From a virus (lineage: Duplodnaviria; Heunggongvirae; Uroviricota; Caudoviricetes): a DNA stretch of 17,267 bases. This document shows, in pieces, positions 8,205 to 15,071 of this stretch; position 1 is the first letter of the stretch, and each line of letters opens with the position of its first letter. The notes under the pieces were generated by a model. The model was not told where the DNA came from. It did no database searches and saw only the letters and a program-made list of their open reading frames with translations. Location of the stretch: the IMG/VR virus record IMGVR_UViG_2565956714_000008, positions 1 to 17,267 of that record; one strand, 5' to 3'. The position numbers and the translations under genes are program-made.

Positions 8205-8408
8205 ATGAGAAATCATACCATACACCCGCAAGGGCGGGATTCGCACAACCTGAATAAATTCGCCTGGCGTTTTATCGCCCTGAGCGCCGCAAAACCGCGT
8301 GTGATTACCATCGTGGCCACCAGCGAACAGGAAGCACGCCAGCACTCCCCGGCTGGCTGCGTGATGGTATTCGCCGCCCGTATTCGTCAGGGGGTGTGCC
8401 ATGCCTGA
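8205..8408 (+). CDS. Hypothetical protein, 67 aa, first gene of the plus-strand operon leading to the replication gene
   Basis: ATG 8205 with GAGGT 5 nt upstream; codon usage on this strand is typical of E. coli coding DNA (ctg, gcc, acc, atc, cgt, ccg), unlike the overlapping antisense ORFs; stop overlaps the next start (8401). Confidence 0.45.
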   Translation: MRNHTIHPQGRDSHNLNKFAWRFIALSAAKPRVITIVATSEQEARQHSPAGCVMVFAARIRQGVCHA

Positions 8409-8721
8409 TATGTCAAATTACCAGTACCTGATTAATCCGCATTTTAACTGTGAGCATGATATTGCTAAAAAGGTTTATTCCGCTGCGGATGGGGCGACTG
8501 ACAATATATCAATGGCCGTTGCGTCAATTGGTAGCCTGATGTGGCATGCGTCAGAAAATGAGGACTATGACGAAAAGGCCATGCGCATTGATATGGGTAA
8601 TATCGGTTTGTTACTGGCAATGCTTGGACATTTTGATATTTCGTTACGGTGCACCATTGAAAATGCCACAGATGCATTAAATGCCATAAAGAAAGCGAAT
8701 ACTGATTCAAATCGGGGATAA
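8401..8721 (+). CDS. Hypothetical protein, 106 aa
   Basis: ATG 8401 with GGGGG 6 nt upstream; overlaps the preceding stop; no recognisable domain. Confidence 0.5.
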   Translation: MPDMSNYQYLINPHFNCEHDIAKKVYSAADGATDNISMAVASIGSLMWHASENEDYDEKAMRIDMGNIGLLLAMLGHFDISLRCTIENATDALNAIKKANTDSNRG

Positions 8722-8727
8722 ATAATC

Positions 8728-9027
8728 ATGAGAACGTATTTATCTGGCTTGACTGCCAGCGGTTATGCACATCCCAAAATTATCCCCGGCGCTATTTATC
8801 TGGATAAGAACGGTAACAGAGTAACGGTAAAAGAACTGATGTTTGACCGTGTGTATTTTATTCGTGATGGCTATTCATTTCATAGTTCGCTGAACGTGGA
8901 GATCTTTATTAGCAGATTCAGGCGGGAAATCCCGCTTTCCAGAAATAACCATGTGTCACGTGTGAATGTGGATAAAAAACTACAGGAACTGAAAAACATG
9001 ATTGCCGCGTGGAGAGAGCAGAAATGA
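8728..9027 (+). CDS. Hypothetical protein, 99 aa
   Basis: ATG 8728 (GGGGA 9 nt upstream); its stop overlaps the replication-gene start (ATGA at 9024-9027), indicating translational coupling. Confidence 0.5.
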   Translation: MRTYLSGLTASGYAHPKIIPGAIYLDKNGNRVTVKELMFDRVYFIRDGYSFHSSLNVEIFISRFRREIPLSRNNHVSRVNVDKKLQELKNMIAAWREQK

Positions 9028-10841
9028 AAAAAGCGCCAAATTTAAAACACCAGTCGCGTGACAAAATGACGGAAGTCATCATTTTTGCGGGTAGTGATGC
9101 GTGGGCACATGCGAAGCAGTGGCAGGAACAGGACGGGCGACTGGCTGGCGATAACGTGCCTCCTGTCTGGCTTGGAGAGCAACAACTTGCCGAACTGGAC
9201 AACCTGCAAATCGTACCGGACGGACGCTATCGCGTGCGTCTCTATCAGGCGGGGTTATTGCGTCCGGGGCTTGTTAATACCATCGGGCAGAAACTGGCAG
9301 CGGCAGGTGTCAGGGATGCTGATTATTATCCTGAAGGAATGCACAGCCAGAAACGGGAGAACTGGCGCGAATATCTGGAACGTGAACGGGCAGAGCAGGC
9401 GGAAAAGAAAAAGGTAGTTGAACTGCCTGTAAAGAAAAAAGAGCGGGTAAAAGACGATAACGCTTCATCACTGGCGCTTAACCAGATGGGAGCAAGTCAA
9501 CGCGGCGAAGTTCTCCTGGCACATTATGGCGGTGAATTGGCGATTCATGCTGACTCTGACACTGTTCACCATTACAACGGCGTTGTATGGGAGCCAGTAC
9601 AGGATAAAGAATTACAGCGAGCTATGGCACAGATTTTCATTGATGCGGAGATCAGCTATTCGCAGAACGCCATTAAATCGGCGGTCGATACCATGAAGTT
9701 AAGTTTGCCTGTAATGGGGAATACAGCCCGTAACCTGATTGGATTCAGTAACGGGGTATTTGATACCAGAACAGGTAATTTTCGGGGGCATAACAAAAAC
9801 GACTGGTTGTTAATTGCCAGTGAATTACCTTTCAGCCCACCAGCAGAGGGGGAAACACTGGCAACACATGCGCCGAATTTCTGGAAGTGGTTACGCCGTT
9901 CGGTGGCTGAGAATGACCGCAAGGCAGATCGCGTACTGGCGGCATTATTCATGGTGCTGGCGAACCGGTACGACTGGCAGTTATTCATTGAGGTAACAGG
10001 GCCGGGGGGAAGTGGTAAAAGCGTGATGGCGGAGATTTGCACCATGCTGGCGGGTAAGGCTAATACAGTATCAGCAAGCATGAAGGCGCTGGAAGATGCA
10101 AGGGAACGTGCGTTAGTGGTTGGCTTTTCGCTGATTATCATGCCGGATATGACCCGCTACGCTGGTGATGGGGCAGGGATTAAGGCCATTACAGGCGGTG
10201 ACAAGGTGGCAATTGACCCGAAACACAAAGCCCCCTACTCAACGCGTATTCCGGCAGTAGTGCTGGCGGTTAACAATAACGCCATGTCATTCAGTGACCG
10301 CAGCGGGGGGATCTCACGTCGTCGGGTGATATTCAATTTTTCGGAAGTTGTACCGGAGAACGAACGCGATCCGATGCTGGCGGAAAAAATAGAAGGTGAG
10401 CTGGCGGTAGTGATTCGCCATCTGCTTACACGGTTTGCTGACCAGGACGAAGCCAGACGCCTGTTATATGAGCAGCAGAAATCTGAAGAAGCACTGGCGA
10501 TAAAGCGAGAGGGGGATTCGCTGGTGGACTTCTGCGGCTATCTCATGGCGTCGGTAATGTGTGATGGCCTGTTAGTGGGTAATGCTGAAATTGTGCCATT
10601 CAGCCCGCGCAGGTATCTCTATCATGCCTATCTGGCTTATATGAGGGCTCATGGGTTTGGTAAACCTGTAACACTGACGCGCTTCGGTAAAGATATGCCT
10701 GGGGCAATGGCGGAATATGGCAGGGAGTATATAAAACGGAAAACGAAGCACGGTTTACGTTCAAACGTGACACTGACGGAGGAATCAGAAGACTGGATGC
10801 CATCATGTGTATCAGTCACTAATGACGATAGCAAAAATTAA
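9024..10841 (+). CDS. Replication initiator: primase/SF3-helicase-like P-loop NTPase (Pri-Rep type)
   Basis: 605 aa from ATG 9024 (GGAGAGAG 5 nt upstream; track start GTG 9009). Walker A VTGPGGSGKSVMAEIC and a downstream hydrophobic-acidic segment (LIIMPDM) as candidate Walker B, in the C-terminal half; immediately followed by an iteron cluster as in PICI/SaPI and P4-type replication modules. The N-terminal half has no motif I can assign. Confidence 0.8.
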   Translation: MKKAPNLKHQSRDKMTEVIIFAGSDAWAHAKQWQEQDGRLAGDNVPPVWLGEQQLAELDNLQIVPDGRYRVRLYQAGLLRPGLVNTIGQKLAAAGVRDADYYPEGMHSQKRENWREYLERERAEQAEKKKVVELPVKKKERVKDDNASSLALNQMGASQRGEVLLAHYGGELAIHADSDTVHHYNGVVWEPVQDKELQRAMAQIFIDAEISYSQNAIKSAVDTMKLSLPVMGNTARNLIGFSNGVFDTRTGNFRGHNKNDWLLIASELPFSPPAEGETLATHAPNFWKWLRRSVAENDRKADRVLAALFMVLANRYDWQLFIEVTGPGGSGKSVMAEICTMLAGKANTVSASMKALEDARERALVVGFSLIIMPDMTRYAGDGAGIKAITGGDKVAIDPKHKAPYSTRIPAVVLAVNNNAMSFSDRSGGISRRRVIFNFSEVVPENERDPMLAEKIEGELAVVIRHLLTRFADQDEARRLLYEQQKSEEALAIKREGDSLVDFCGYLMASVMCDGLLVGNAEIVPFSPRRYLYHAYLAYMRAHGFGKPVTLTRFGKDMPGAMAEYGREYIKRKTKHGLRSNVTLTEESEDWMPSCVSVTNDDSKN

Positions 10842-10853
10842 ACTTATGGAATA

Positions 10854-11085
10854 ACTGTTCACCACTGTTCACCCTGTCATAAATATCTTTTATATCAGTA
10901 TATTATAGGGTGAACAGTTATTTATGAACTATTCACCAAACTATTCACTGTTCACCTTTTTGGTTGTTTATTGAGCTTCAAGGGTGAACAGTGGTGAACA
11001 GTTGGTGAATAGTTTTTGTAAAACTGTTCACCCCTTAACAGTATGAATTTAAATGGAAAATATCAAAAGGTGAACAGGTGAAGGG
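10854..11085. repeat. Iteron-type replication origin: about 11 copies of ACTGTTCACC / GGTGAACAGT in both orientations within AT-rich spacers
   Basis: tgttcacc at 10856-10863, 10866-10873, 10949-10956, 11025-11032; variant tattcacc at 10930-10937; inverted ggtgaaca at 10909-10916, 10983-10990, 10993-11000, 11069-11076; variants ggtgaata at 11004-11011 and ggtgaagg at 11078-11085. Several copies are tandem with ~10-bp period. Confidence 0.7.
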
Positions 11086-11128
11086 TTAAAATACAAAAAT
11101 TTTAATTTATTGCTCTGAGATAAAGCCT

Positions 11129-11374
11129 ATGACAGCGAAGCGCACAAAAAAAACACAATCGCACGCCCTTGATTTGACGGAACACTGGTTAAGGGGGTCG
11201 ATAAAAATCATCGACCGCAACGCCGGGGAAGGATACGCGAAAGCACATCCCGAACTGATAAGCGCATTCATGACCACGGCGGCGGCAAATTTTGCCACGC
11301 TAACAGAGCGGGAGATTGCCGAAGCGGAACAGGTAACAACCATCAACGTTAAAACCGGAGAGCAGACAGCATGA
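11129..11374 (+). CDS. Hypothetical protein, 81 aa
   Basis: ATG 11129 with only a weak ribosome-binding site; stop overlaps the SSB start (ATGA at 11371-11374). No recognisable domain. Confidence 0.45.
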   Translation: MTAKRTKKTQSHALDLTEHWLRGSIKIIDRNAGEGYAKAHPELISAFMTTAAANFATLTEREIAEAEQVTTINVKTGEQTA

Positions 11375-11793
11375 CAGCACAGATAGCGGCTTACGGACGG
11401 CTGGTGGCTGACCCGCAGTTAAAGACCACTAGCAAGGGTACACAAATGACGATGGCTAGTATGGCGGTCCCCCTTCCGTGCAGCCAGGCAGATGACGGAA
11501 CGGCGACGATGTGGTTATCCGTCCTGGCGTTTGGCAGACAGGCCGACGCACTGGCAAAACACCACAAAGGCGAACTGGTGAGCGTGGCGGGTAACATGCA
11601 GGTAAGCCAGTGGACAGGCCAGAACGGCGAAACGCGGCAGGGCTGGCAGGTTATCGCAGACAGTGTAATCAGTGCCAGAACGGCGCGACCGGGCGGCAAA
11701 AAAGGTCAACAGGGCCAGGCTACTGACGCACTGAACAGGGCAAAACAACAGTCGGGGAATGATGATCCGTACGGCGATAATATACCGTTTTAA
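11371..11793 (+). CDS. ssb: Single-stranded DNA-binding protein (SSB) with acidic C-terminal tip
   Basis: 140 aa; OB-fold region WLSVLAFGRQADALAKHHKGELVSVAGNMQVSQWTGQNGETRQGWQVIAD parallels E. coli SSB ([51 protein letters not shown]); Gly/Gln-rich linker and C-terminal DDPYGDNIPF resembling the SSB tail DDDIPF. Confidence 0.8.
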   Translation: MTAQIAAYGRLVADPQLKTTSKGTQMTMASMAVPLPCSQADDGTATMWLSVLAFGRQADALAKHHKGELVSVAGNMQVSQWTGQNGETRQGWQVIADSVISARTARPGGKKGQQGQATDALNRAKQQSGNDDPYGDNIPF

Positions 11794-11803
11794 ATTCTGC
11801 AAA

Positions 11804-11839
11804 TAAAAAAATGCCGGAAGAAAATAGATTTTCCGGCAT
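11804..11839 (-). terminator. Stable hairpin (9-bp stem ATGCCGGAA/TTCCGGCAT) between ssb and the capsid gene, forming a canonical intrinsic terminator only in the minus orientation
   Basis: Stem 11811-11819 and 11831-11839, loop 11 nt; A-run 11804-11810 gives a U-run after the hairpin on the minus strand; no U-run follows it on the plus strand. Confidence 0.35.
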
Positions 11840-12010
11840 GCTACATAAATCCCGACCAAAGGAAGTAAATACATTAACACGAATTATCAGCACTGAAGTT
11901 GTCACGGCAGATTTTATACAACATTGCACTTGGTTGCATGTATTCGCATAGCAAATATCGGTGATAGCATATATCCACAATTATTTTTAATGAATGCAAA
12001 GAGGATGCGT

Positions 12011-13051
12011 ATGGTTGATTTATATTCGCCTGCCCAGCTTGTGCAGGTGGCTAATGCTGAAGATGTGCAAAAAAAATTAAATGTGTTGTTTACCAGTTTG
12101 TTTTTCACTCGCTCGGTAATGTTTGAATCGAGAGACATTATTCTTGATACGATCGACGATCCAAATATCCCGATCGCGGCGTTTTGCTCTCCTATGGTGG
12201 GCAGTAAAGTTTCACGAGATGAGGGATACGAATCAAAAACAATTCGCCCTGGCTATATGAAACCGAAAAGCAGCATTGATCCAAATAAGTTAGCTGTGCG
12301 CCCTGCTGGTGTGTCACCTGAGCAATACAATGCTTTTGGGGCGCGTAATATTAAAGTTAAACAGGCGATTGTAAATCAGGCTAAAGCTATTCGTACACGT
12401 ATTGAATGGCTTGCTGTTCAGGCAATCACAACGGGGAAAAATATCATTGAGGGCGATGGTATTGAACGTTATGAGCTGGACTGGAATATAAAACCACAAA
12501 ATATCATCACTCAGTCTGGCGGTACTGAGTGGTCAGGTAAGGATAAAGAAACTTTTGATCCAAATGATGATATTGAGAGCTACGCAGAATTTAGTGAGGG
12601 CGTCACTAATATCATCATTATGGGCGGTAATGTATGGAAGAAATACCGTTCATTCAGAGCGATAAAAGAGGCTCTGGATACCCGTCGTGGTTCTAATTCC
12701 GAACTGGAAACGGCCCTTAAAGACCTTGGTGATTCGGTGAGTTTTAAAGGGTATATGGGCGATGTTGCGATTGTTGTTTACAGCGGGCGTTATACCGACG
12801 AGGACGGAACTGAAAAATATTTCCTTGATCCTGATTTGATGGTGCTTGGCAATACGGCTCTCCAGGGGATTGTCGCTTATGGCGGTATTCAGGATCCGGA
12901 GCTAATCCGGATGGGGCTGACTAAAGCCGAACTTGCACCGAAAAACTATATTGTGCCTGGTGATCCGGCTATTGAATATGTGCAGACACATTCAGCACCA
13001 CAGCCAATACCGGCCCGTATCAATCGTTTTGTTACCGTTCGCATTGGCTAA
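12011..13051 (+). CDS. Major capsid protein, lambda gpE family
   Basis: 346 aa from ATG 12011 (AAAGAGGA, 5-nt spacer; track start 11924 is upstream in frame). Long colinear matches to lambda gpE as I recall it: ITQSGGTEWSGKDKETFDPNDDIESY vs ITQSGGTEWSKRDKSTYDPTDDIEAY; DTRRGSNSELETALKDLG vs DTRRGSNSELETAVKDLG; GDVAIVVYSGRY vs GDVAIVVYSGQY; MVLGNT in both. Confidence 0.9.
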   Translation: MVDLYSPAQLVQVANAEDVQKKLNVLFTSLFFTRSVMFESRDIILDTIDDPNIPIAAFCSPMVGSKVSRDEGYESKTIRPGYMKPKSSIDPNKLAVRPAGVSPEQYNAFGARNIKVKQAIVNQAKAIRTRIEWLAVQAITTGKNIIEGDGIERYELDWNIKPQNIITQSGGTEWSGKDKETFDPNDDIESYAEFSEGVTNIIIMGGNVWKKYRSFRAIKEALDTRRGSNSELETALKDLGDSVSFKGYMGDVAIVVYSGRYTDEDGTEKYFLDPDLMVLGNTALQGIVAYGGIQDPELIRMGLTKAELAPKNYIVPGDPAIEYVQTHSAPQPIPARINRFVTVRIG

Positions 13052-13061
13052 GGGGGGAGCA

Positions 13062-13403
13062 ATGGCTACTCATTACACTGAACTCATGGCTGGCACTGAA
13101 GCACTGGTTACTACGCTGGGGATATTTTCAGCTAATAAAGGGGTAATTCCTGCATTTACGCCACTGATGCAGGAAGATACAACAGGTGCACTGGTGGTAT
13201 GGGATGGTACGAGTGCAGGTAAAGCTGTTTATGTTTCCGCTGTACAACTCGATACAGCGAAAAAAACACAGGCTCAGGTCTATAAGACAGGTGTCTTAAA
13301 TGTTGATGCTCTTAACTGGCCTGAGTCAGTAAAAGAACTGTCAGTAAAGGTTGCAGCGTTTGTTGGCTCAGGTATTTCTGTTCAGCCGCTGGCTCGTGTG
13401 TAA
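13062..13403 (+). CDS. Head decoration protein, lambda gpD family
   Basis: 113 aa from ATG 13062 (GGGGGGAG upstream). IPAFTPLMQEDTTGALVVWDGTSAGKAV...KTGVLNVDALNWPE...AAFVGSGISV parallels lambda gpD [28 protein letters not shown]...KSGTFRYEDVLWPE...TAFAGTAISIV. Confidence 0.85.
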   Translation: MATHYTELMAGTEALVTTLGIFSANKGVIPAFTPLMQEDTTGALVVWDGTSAGKAVYVSAVQLDTAKKTQAQVYKTGVLNVDALNWPESVKELSVKVAAFVGSGISVQPLARV

Positions 13404-13414
13404 AGGGGGATACA

Positions 13415-13798
13415 ATGCAGAATCATTACAATGACCTTAAGCCAATTGCCGAAATGATGTATCCGGATCCAGCAGTAGAGGAATTAAAGGCTATTGCTGA
13501 CAAAATGCGTTTAAGCGAGCGTCTTGTTGATATGAATCAGGTGATGGAACTTACAACCCTGAGTCGTCGTACACTGCTAAACCTTGAAGCACGTGGAGAG
13601 TTCCCCGAACGCGTGCAGGTTACGGAAGGGCGTAAGGCCTGGTATTTAAGCGAAGTGATCGACTGGATAAACAATATTCCGCGCGCTTCTGAATATTGCC
13701 GCGTACCTGTCCCAAAAAAGCCAGATGCGGCGCTATGCCTCAAGATTGATCGTGTACGCCGCAATGCACGGGATGGTCGCTATAAGCTGATTGGTTGA
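13415..13798 (+). CDS. AlpA-family HTH protein with ~40-aa N-terminal extension, immediately upstream of cos
   Basis: 127 aa, ATG 13415 with GGGGGA 5 nt upstream. MELTTLSRRTLLNLEARGEFPERVQVTEGRKAWYLSEVIDWINN fits the AlpA pattern (T.LSR.T...L...G.FP.PV.LG.R...W...EV..WI). Confidence 0.7.
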   Translation: MQNHYNDLKPIAEMMYPDPAVEELKAIADKMRLSERLVDMNQVMELTTLSRRTLLNLEARGEFPERVQVTEGRKAWYLSEVIDWINNIPRASEYCRVPVPKKPDAALCLKIDRVRRNARDGRYKLIG

Positions 13799-13822
13799 TG
13801 AAATTAGGGCCCGTTCTGGCTG

Positions 13823-14020
13823 GCGGGTCCTTTCCGGCGATCCGGTAGGCTACGGGGCGTCAGGCGCGCGGGTTTTCGCTTTTTATGAAAATTTTCCGGT
13901 TTAAGGCGTTTCCGTTCTTCTTCGCCGTAACTTTATGTTTTTATTTGAAACACCCCCTGAAAAGAAAGGAAACGACAGGTGCTGAAAACGGGCTTTTTGG
14001 CCTCTGTCGTTTCCTTTCTC
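13823..14020 (+). other. Lambda-type cos site: cosQ-like segment, cosN-equivalent 12-mer (13855-13866, divergent) and cosB with R3, I1, R2 and R1 elements
   Basis: From 13867 onward the sequence (cgcgggttttcgctttttatgaaaattttccggtttaaggcgtttccgttcttcttcg ... ctgaaaagaaaggaaacgacaggtgctgaaaacgggctttttggcctctgtcgtttcctttctc) is nearly identical to my recollection of lambda left-end bases 13-170, including R3 cgtttccgttct (13907-13918), R2 agaaaggaaacg (13963-13974) and R1 cgtttcctttct (14008-14019). Upstream gcgggtcctttccggcgatccggtaggctacg parallels the lambda right end ACGGGTCCTTTCCGGTGATCCGACAGGTTACG. The 12-mer is GGGCGTCAGGCG here versus GGGCGGCGACCT in lambda. Confidence 0.8.
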
Positions 14021-14339
14021 GTTTTTGAGCAAAACTGGCTCTATACATGCTTAGAAATGCTAGGGTTTTTGCGTAATACAGGTAGTGCAGGAGATTCACC
14101 AGGGGATTATTCATATATGCTGGTAGGCGCTATGTGTTAGTGGTGAGCGAAAAACAATCAAAACCGACACCGTAAAAATAAAAATCACAAATTATCAATT
14201 AGTTGTGCCAGTGGTGATGGCGAATGAAATTTCAAAAACTAGCCTTTTTCCGCGATGCTTTCGCCCCGTGGCAGGCCACCCCACCAGGAGGACCCGCTAC
14301 AATTACGGTATCAACCTCATCACTATGGAGGCCATGACC

Positions 14340-14624
14340 ATGACCGAGACCGAAGCGCTCGAAATAATCCGCAGTATTACCGGAATCAGCCAGGCAACAG
14401 GCAAACAGGAGGCCACGCAGCCGGACAGCGTCACCGCTGAAAATTACGCGCGTGTGGTGGCTGAGGTGATGCGCCGTGACGGTATTGAGCTTAACGGCGT
14501 GGATATGCGCAACATACGAACCAGAGTCCTTGAGTTGCTGGCATACCGTCGCCGTTCTCAACAACGGAGGGAGAGCGCGAAAAATACTTACCAGTGGAAG
14601 AAGCCGGAACGACTGCGGTGGTAA
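14340..14624 (+). CDS. Hypothetical protein, 95 aa, in the position lambda Nu1 occupies relative to cosB but unrelated to Nu1
   Basis: Best-supported start ATG 14340 (GGAGG with 8-nt spacer); in-frame alternatives at 14205 (GTG), 14217, 14325 and 14334. Arg-rich C-terminus; no recognisable domain. Confidence 0.45.
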   Translation: MTETEALEIIRSITGISQATGKQEATQPDSVTAENYARVVAEVMRRDGIELNGVDMRNIRTRVLELLAYRRRSQQRRESAKNTYQWKKPERLRW

Positions 14625-14642
14625 CTTGCTGATATTCCCGAT

Positions 14643-14890
14643 AACGCAAAATTGCGTTGGCTGGTGGGTGAGTTGCAGATCTGCAACTCGACCATGAAAC
14701 TACGGAAACTACCCGTAGTTTGGGTAGTAAGAGTAACACCCAGATTTTGGGGCTTACTCGCGATACCCAAATAAAGGGTATCGGTGGAAGAAATATCGTT
14801 TCTCATATGTGAGTACCGAGGGCGGAATTCCGCCTTCGGTTACTTATTGTGCTCATGCACAGGGAGAGGCGGGTACAAATCTCTGTACCC
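14643..14890. repeat. Cluster of six inverted repeats/palindromes in a ~250-bp non-coding stretch
   Basis: AACGCAA-aa-TTGCGTT (14643-14658); perfect 20-bp palindrome GAGTTGCAGATCTGCAACTC (14670-14689); AAACTACGG/CCGTAGTTT (14697-14721) overlapping ACTACCC/GGGTAGT (14708-14728); GATACCC/GGGTATC (14762-14782); GGCGGAATTCCGCC (14821-14834); GGGTACA/TGTACCC (14871-14890). Confidence 0.45.
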
Positions 14891-15033
14891 TGACGTCTTC
14901 CGGACTGCCAGCCCCATCGTTTTTTTACGCCCGCGAAAAATAAAAATTGTTTGTATGTGAGTATTGTAGCCAGCAAAAGCTCTTTCTTTAGTGGCTTATT
15001 GTTTCTAATAGATTTTGGGAGGTAGAAATGGGA

Positions 15034-15053
15034 GGCCCAGCGAAAGCTGGGCC
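15034..15053 (-). terminator. GC hairpin with GAAA tetraloop (GGCCCAGC-gaaa-GCTGGGCC) just downstream of the small minus-strand ORF
   Basis: 8-bp perfect stem; on the minus strand it follows the stop at 15072 and is followed by a C/U-rich tract (UCCCAUUUCU), so not a textbook U-run. Confidence 0.3.
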
Positions 15054-15071
15054 GAGCTTGTTACGCTGTCA

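Noticed and set aside
8169-8402. 77-aa minus-strand ORF
   Set aside because: Antisense to the 67-aa plus-strand gene; His/Gly-rich composition and poor codon usage, whereas the plus strand shows typical E. coli codons.
7404-8408. 334-aa plus-strand ORF spanning the RHH region
   Set aside because: It overlaps the RHH gene and two small minus-strand ORFs on the opposite strand, and its first ~265 codons have Ser/Arg/Cys-rich composition typical of antisense reading. Only its last 67 codons (8205-8408) show E. coli-like codon usage with a ribosome-binding site, and those are reported separately.
9656-10141. 161-aa minus-strand ORF inside the replication gene
   Set aside because: Antisense within a well-supported 605-aa gene; no independent support.
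10854-11085. Possible CRISPR array
   Set aside because: The repeats are only 8-10 bp, occur in both orientations with irregular short spacers, and sit directly after a replication initiator gene; this is an iteron origin, not a CRISPR array.
11391-11980. Three overlapping minus-strand ORFs (102, 121 and 86 aa) opposite ssb and the ssb-capsid spacer
   Set aside because: Antisense to the SSB gene and overlapping one another in different frames; compositions are not protein-like.
11924-12010. Upstream extension of the capsid ORF (track start at 11924)
   Set aside because: The gpE-like similarity begins at the Met encoded at 12011, which has a strong AAAGAGGA ribosome-binding site; the 29 upstream codons have none.
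12933-13061. Upstream extension of the decoration-protein ORF (track start 12933)
   Set aside because: It overlaps the capsid gene's 3' end in another frame; gpD-like similarity and the ribosome-binding site begin at 13062.
13823-14020. Remnant of a lambda prophage left end
   Set aside because: Similarity to lambda ends right after cosB R1 with no Nu1 or A sequence, the cosN 12-mer differs, and the segment is embedded between intact island genes, so it reads as a functional cos of the element rather than prophage debris. A decayed origin cannot be excluded without comparative data.
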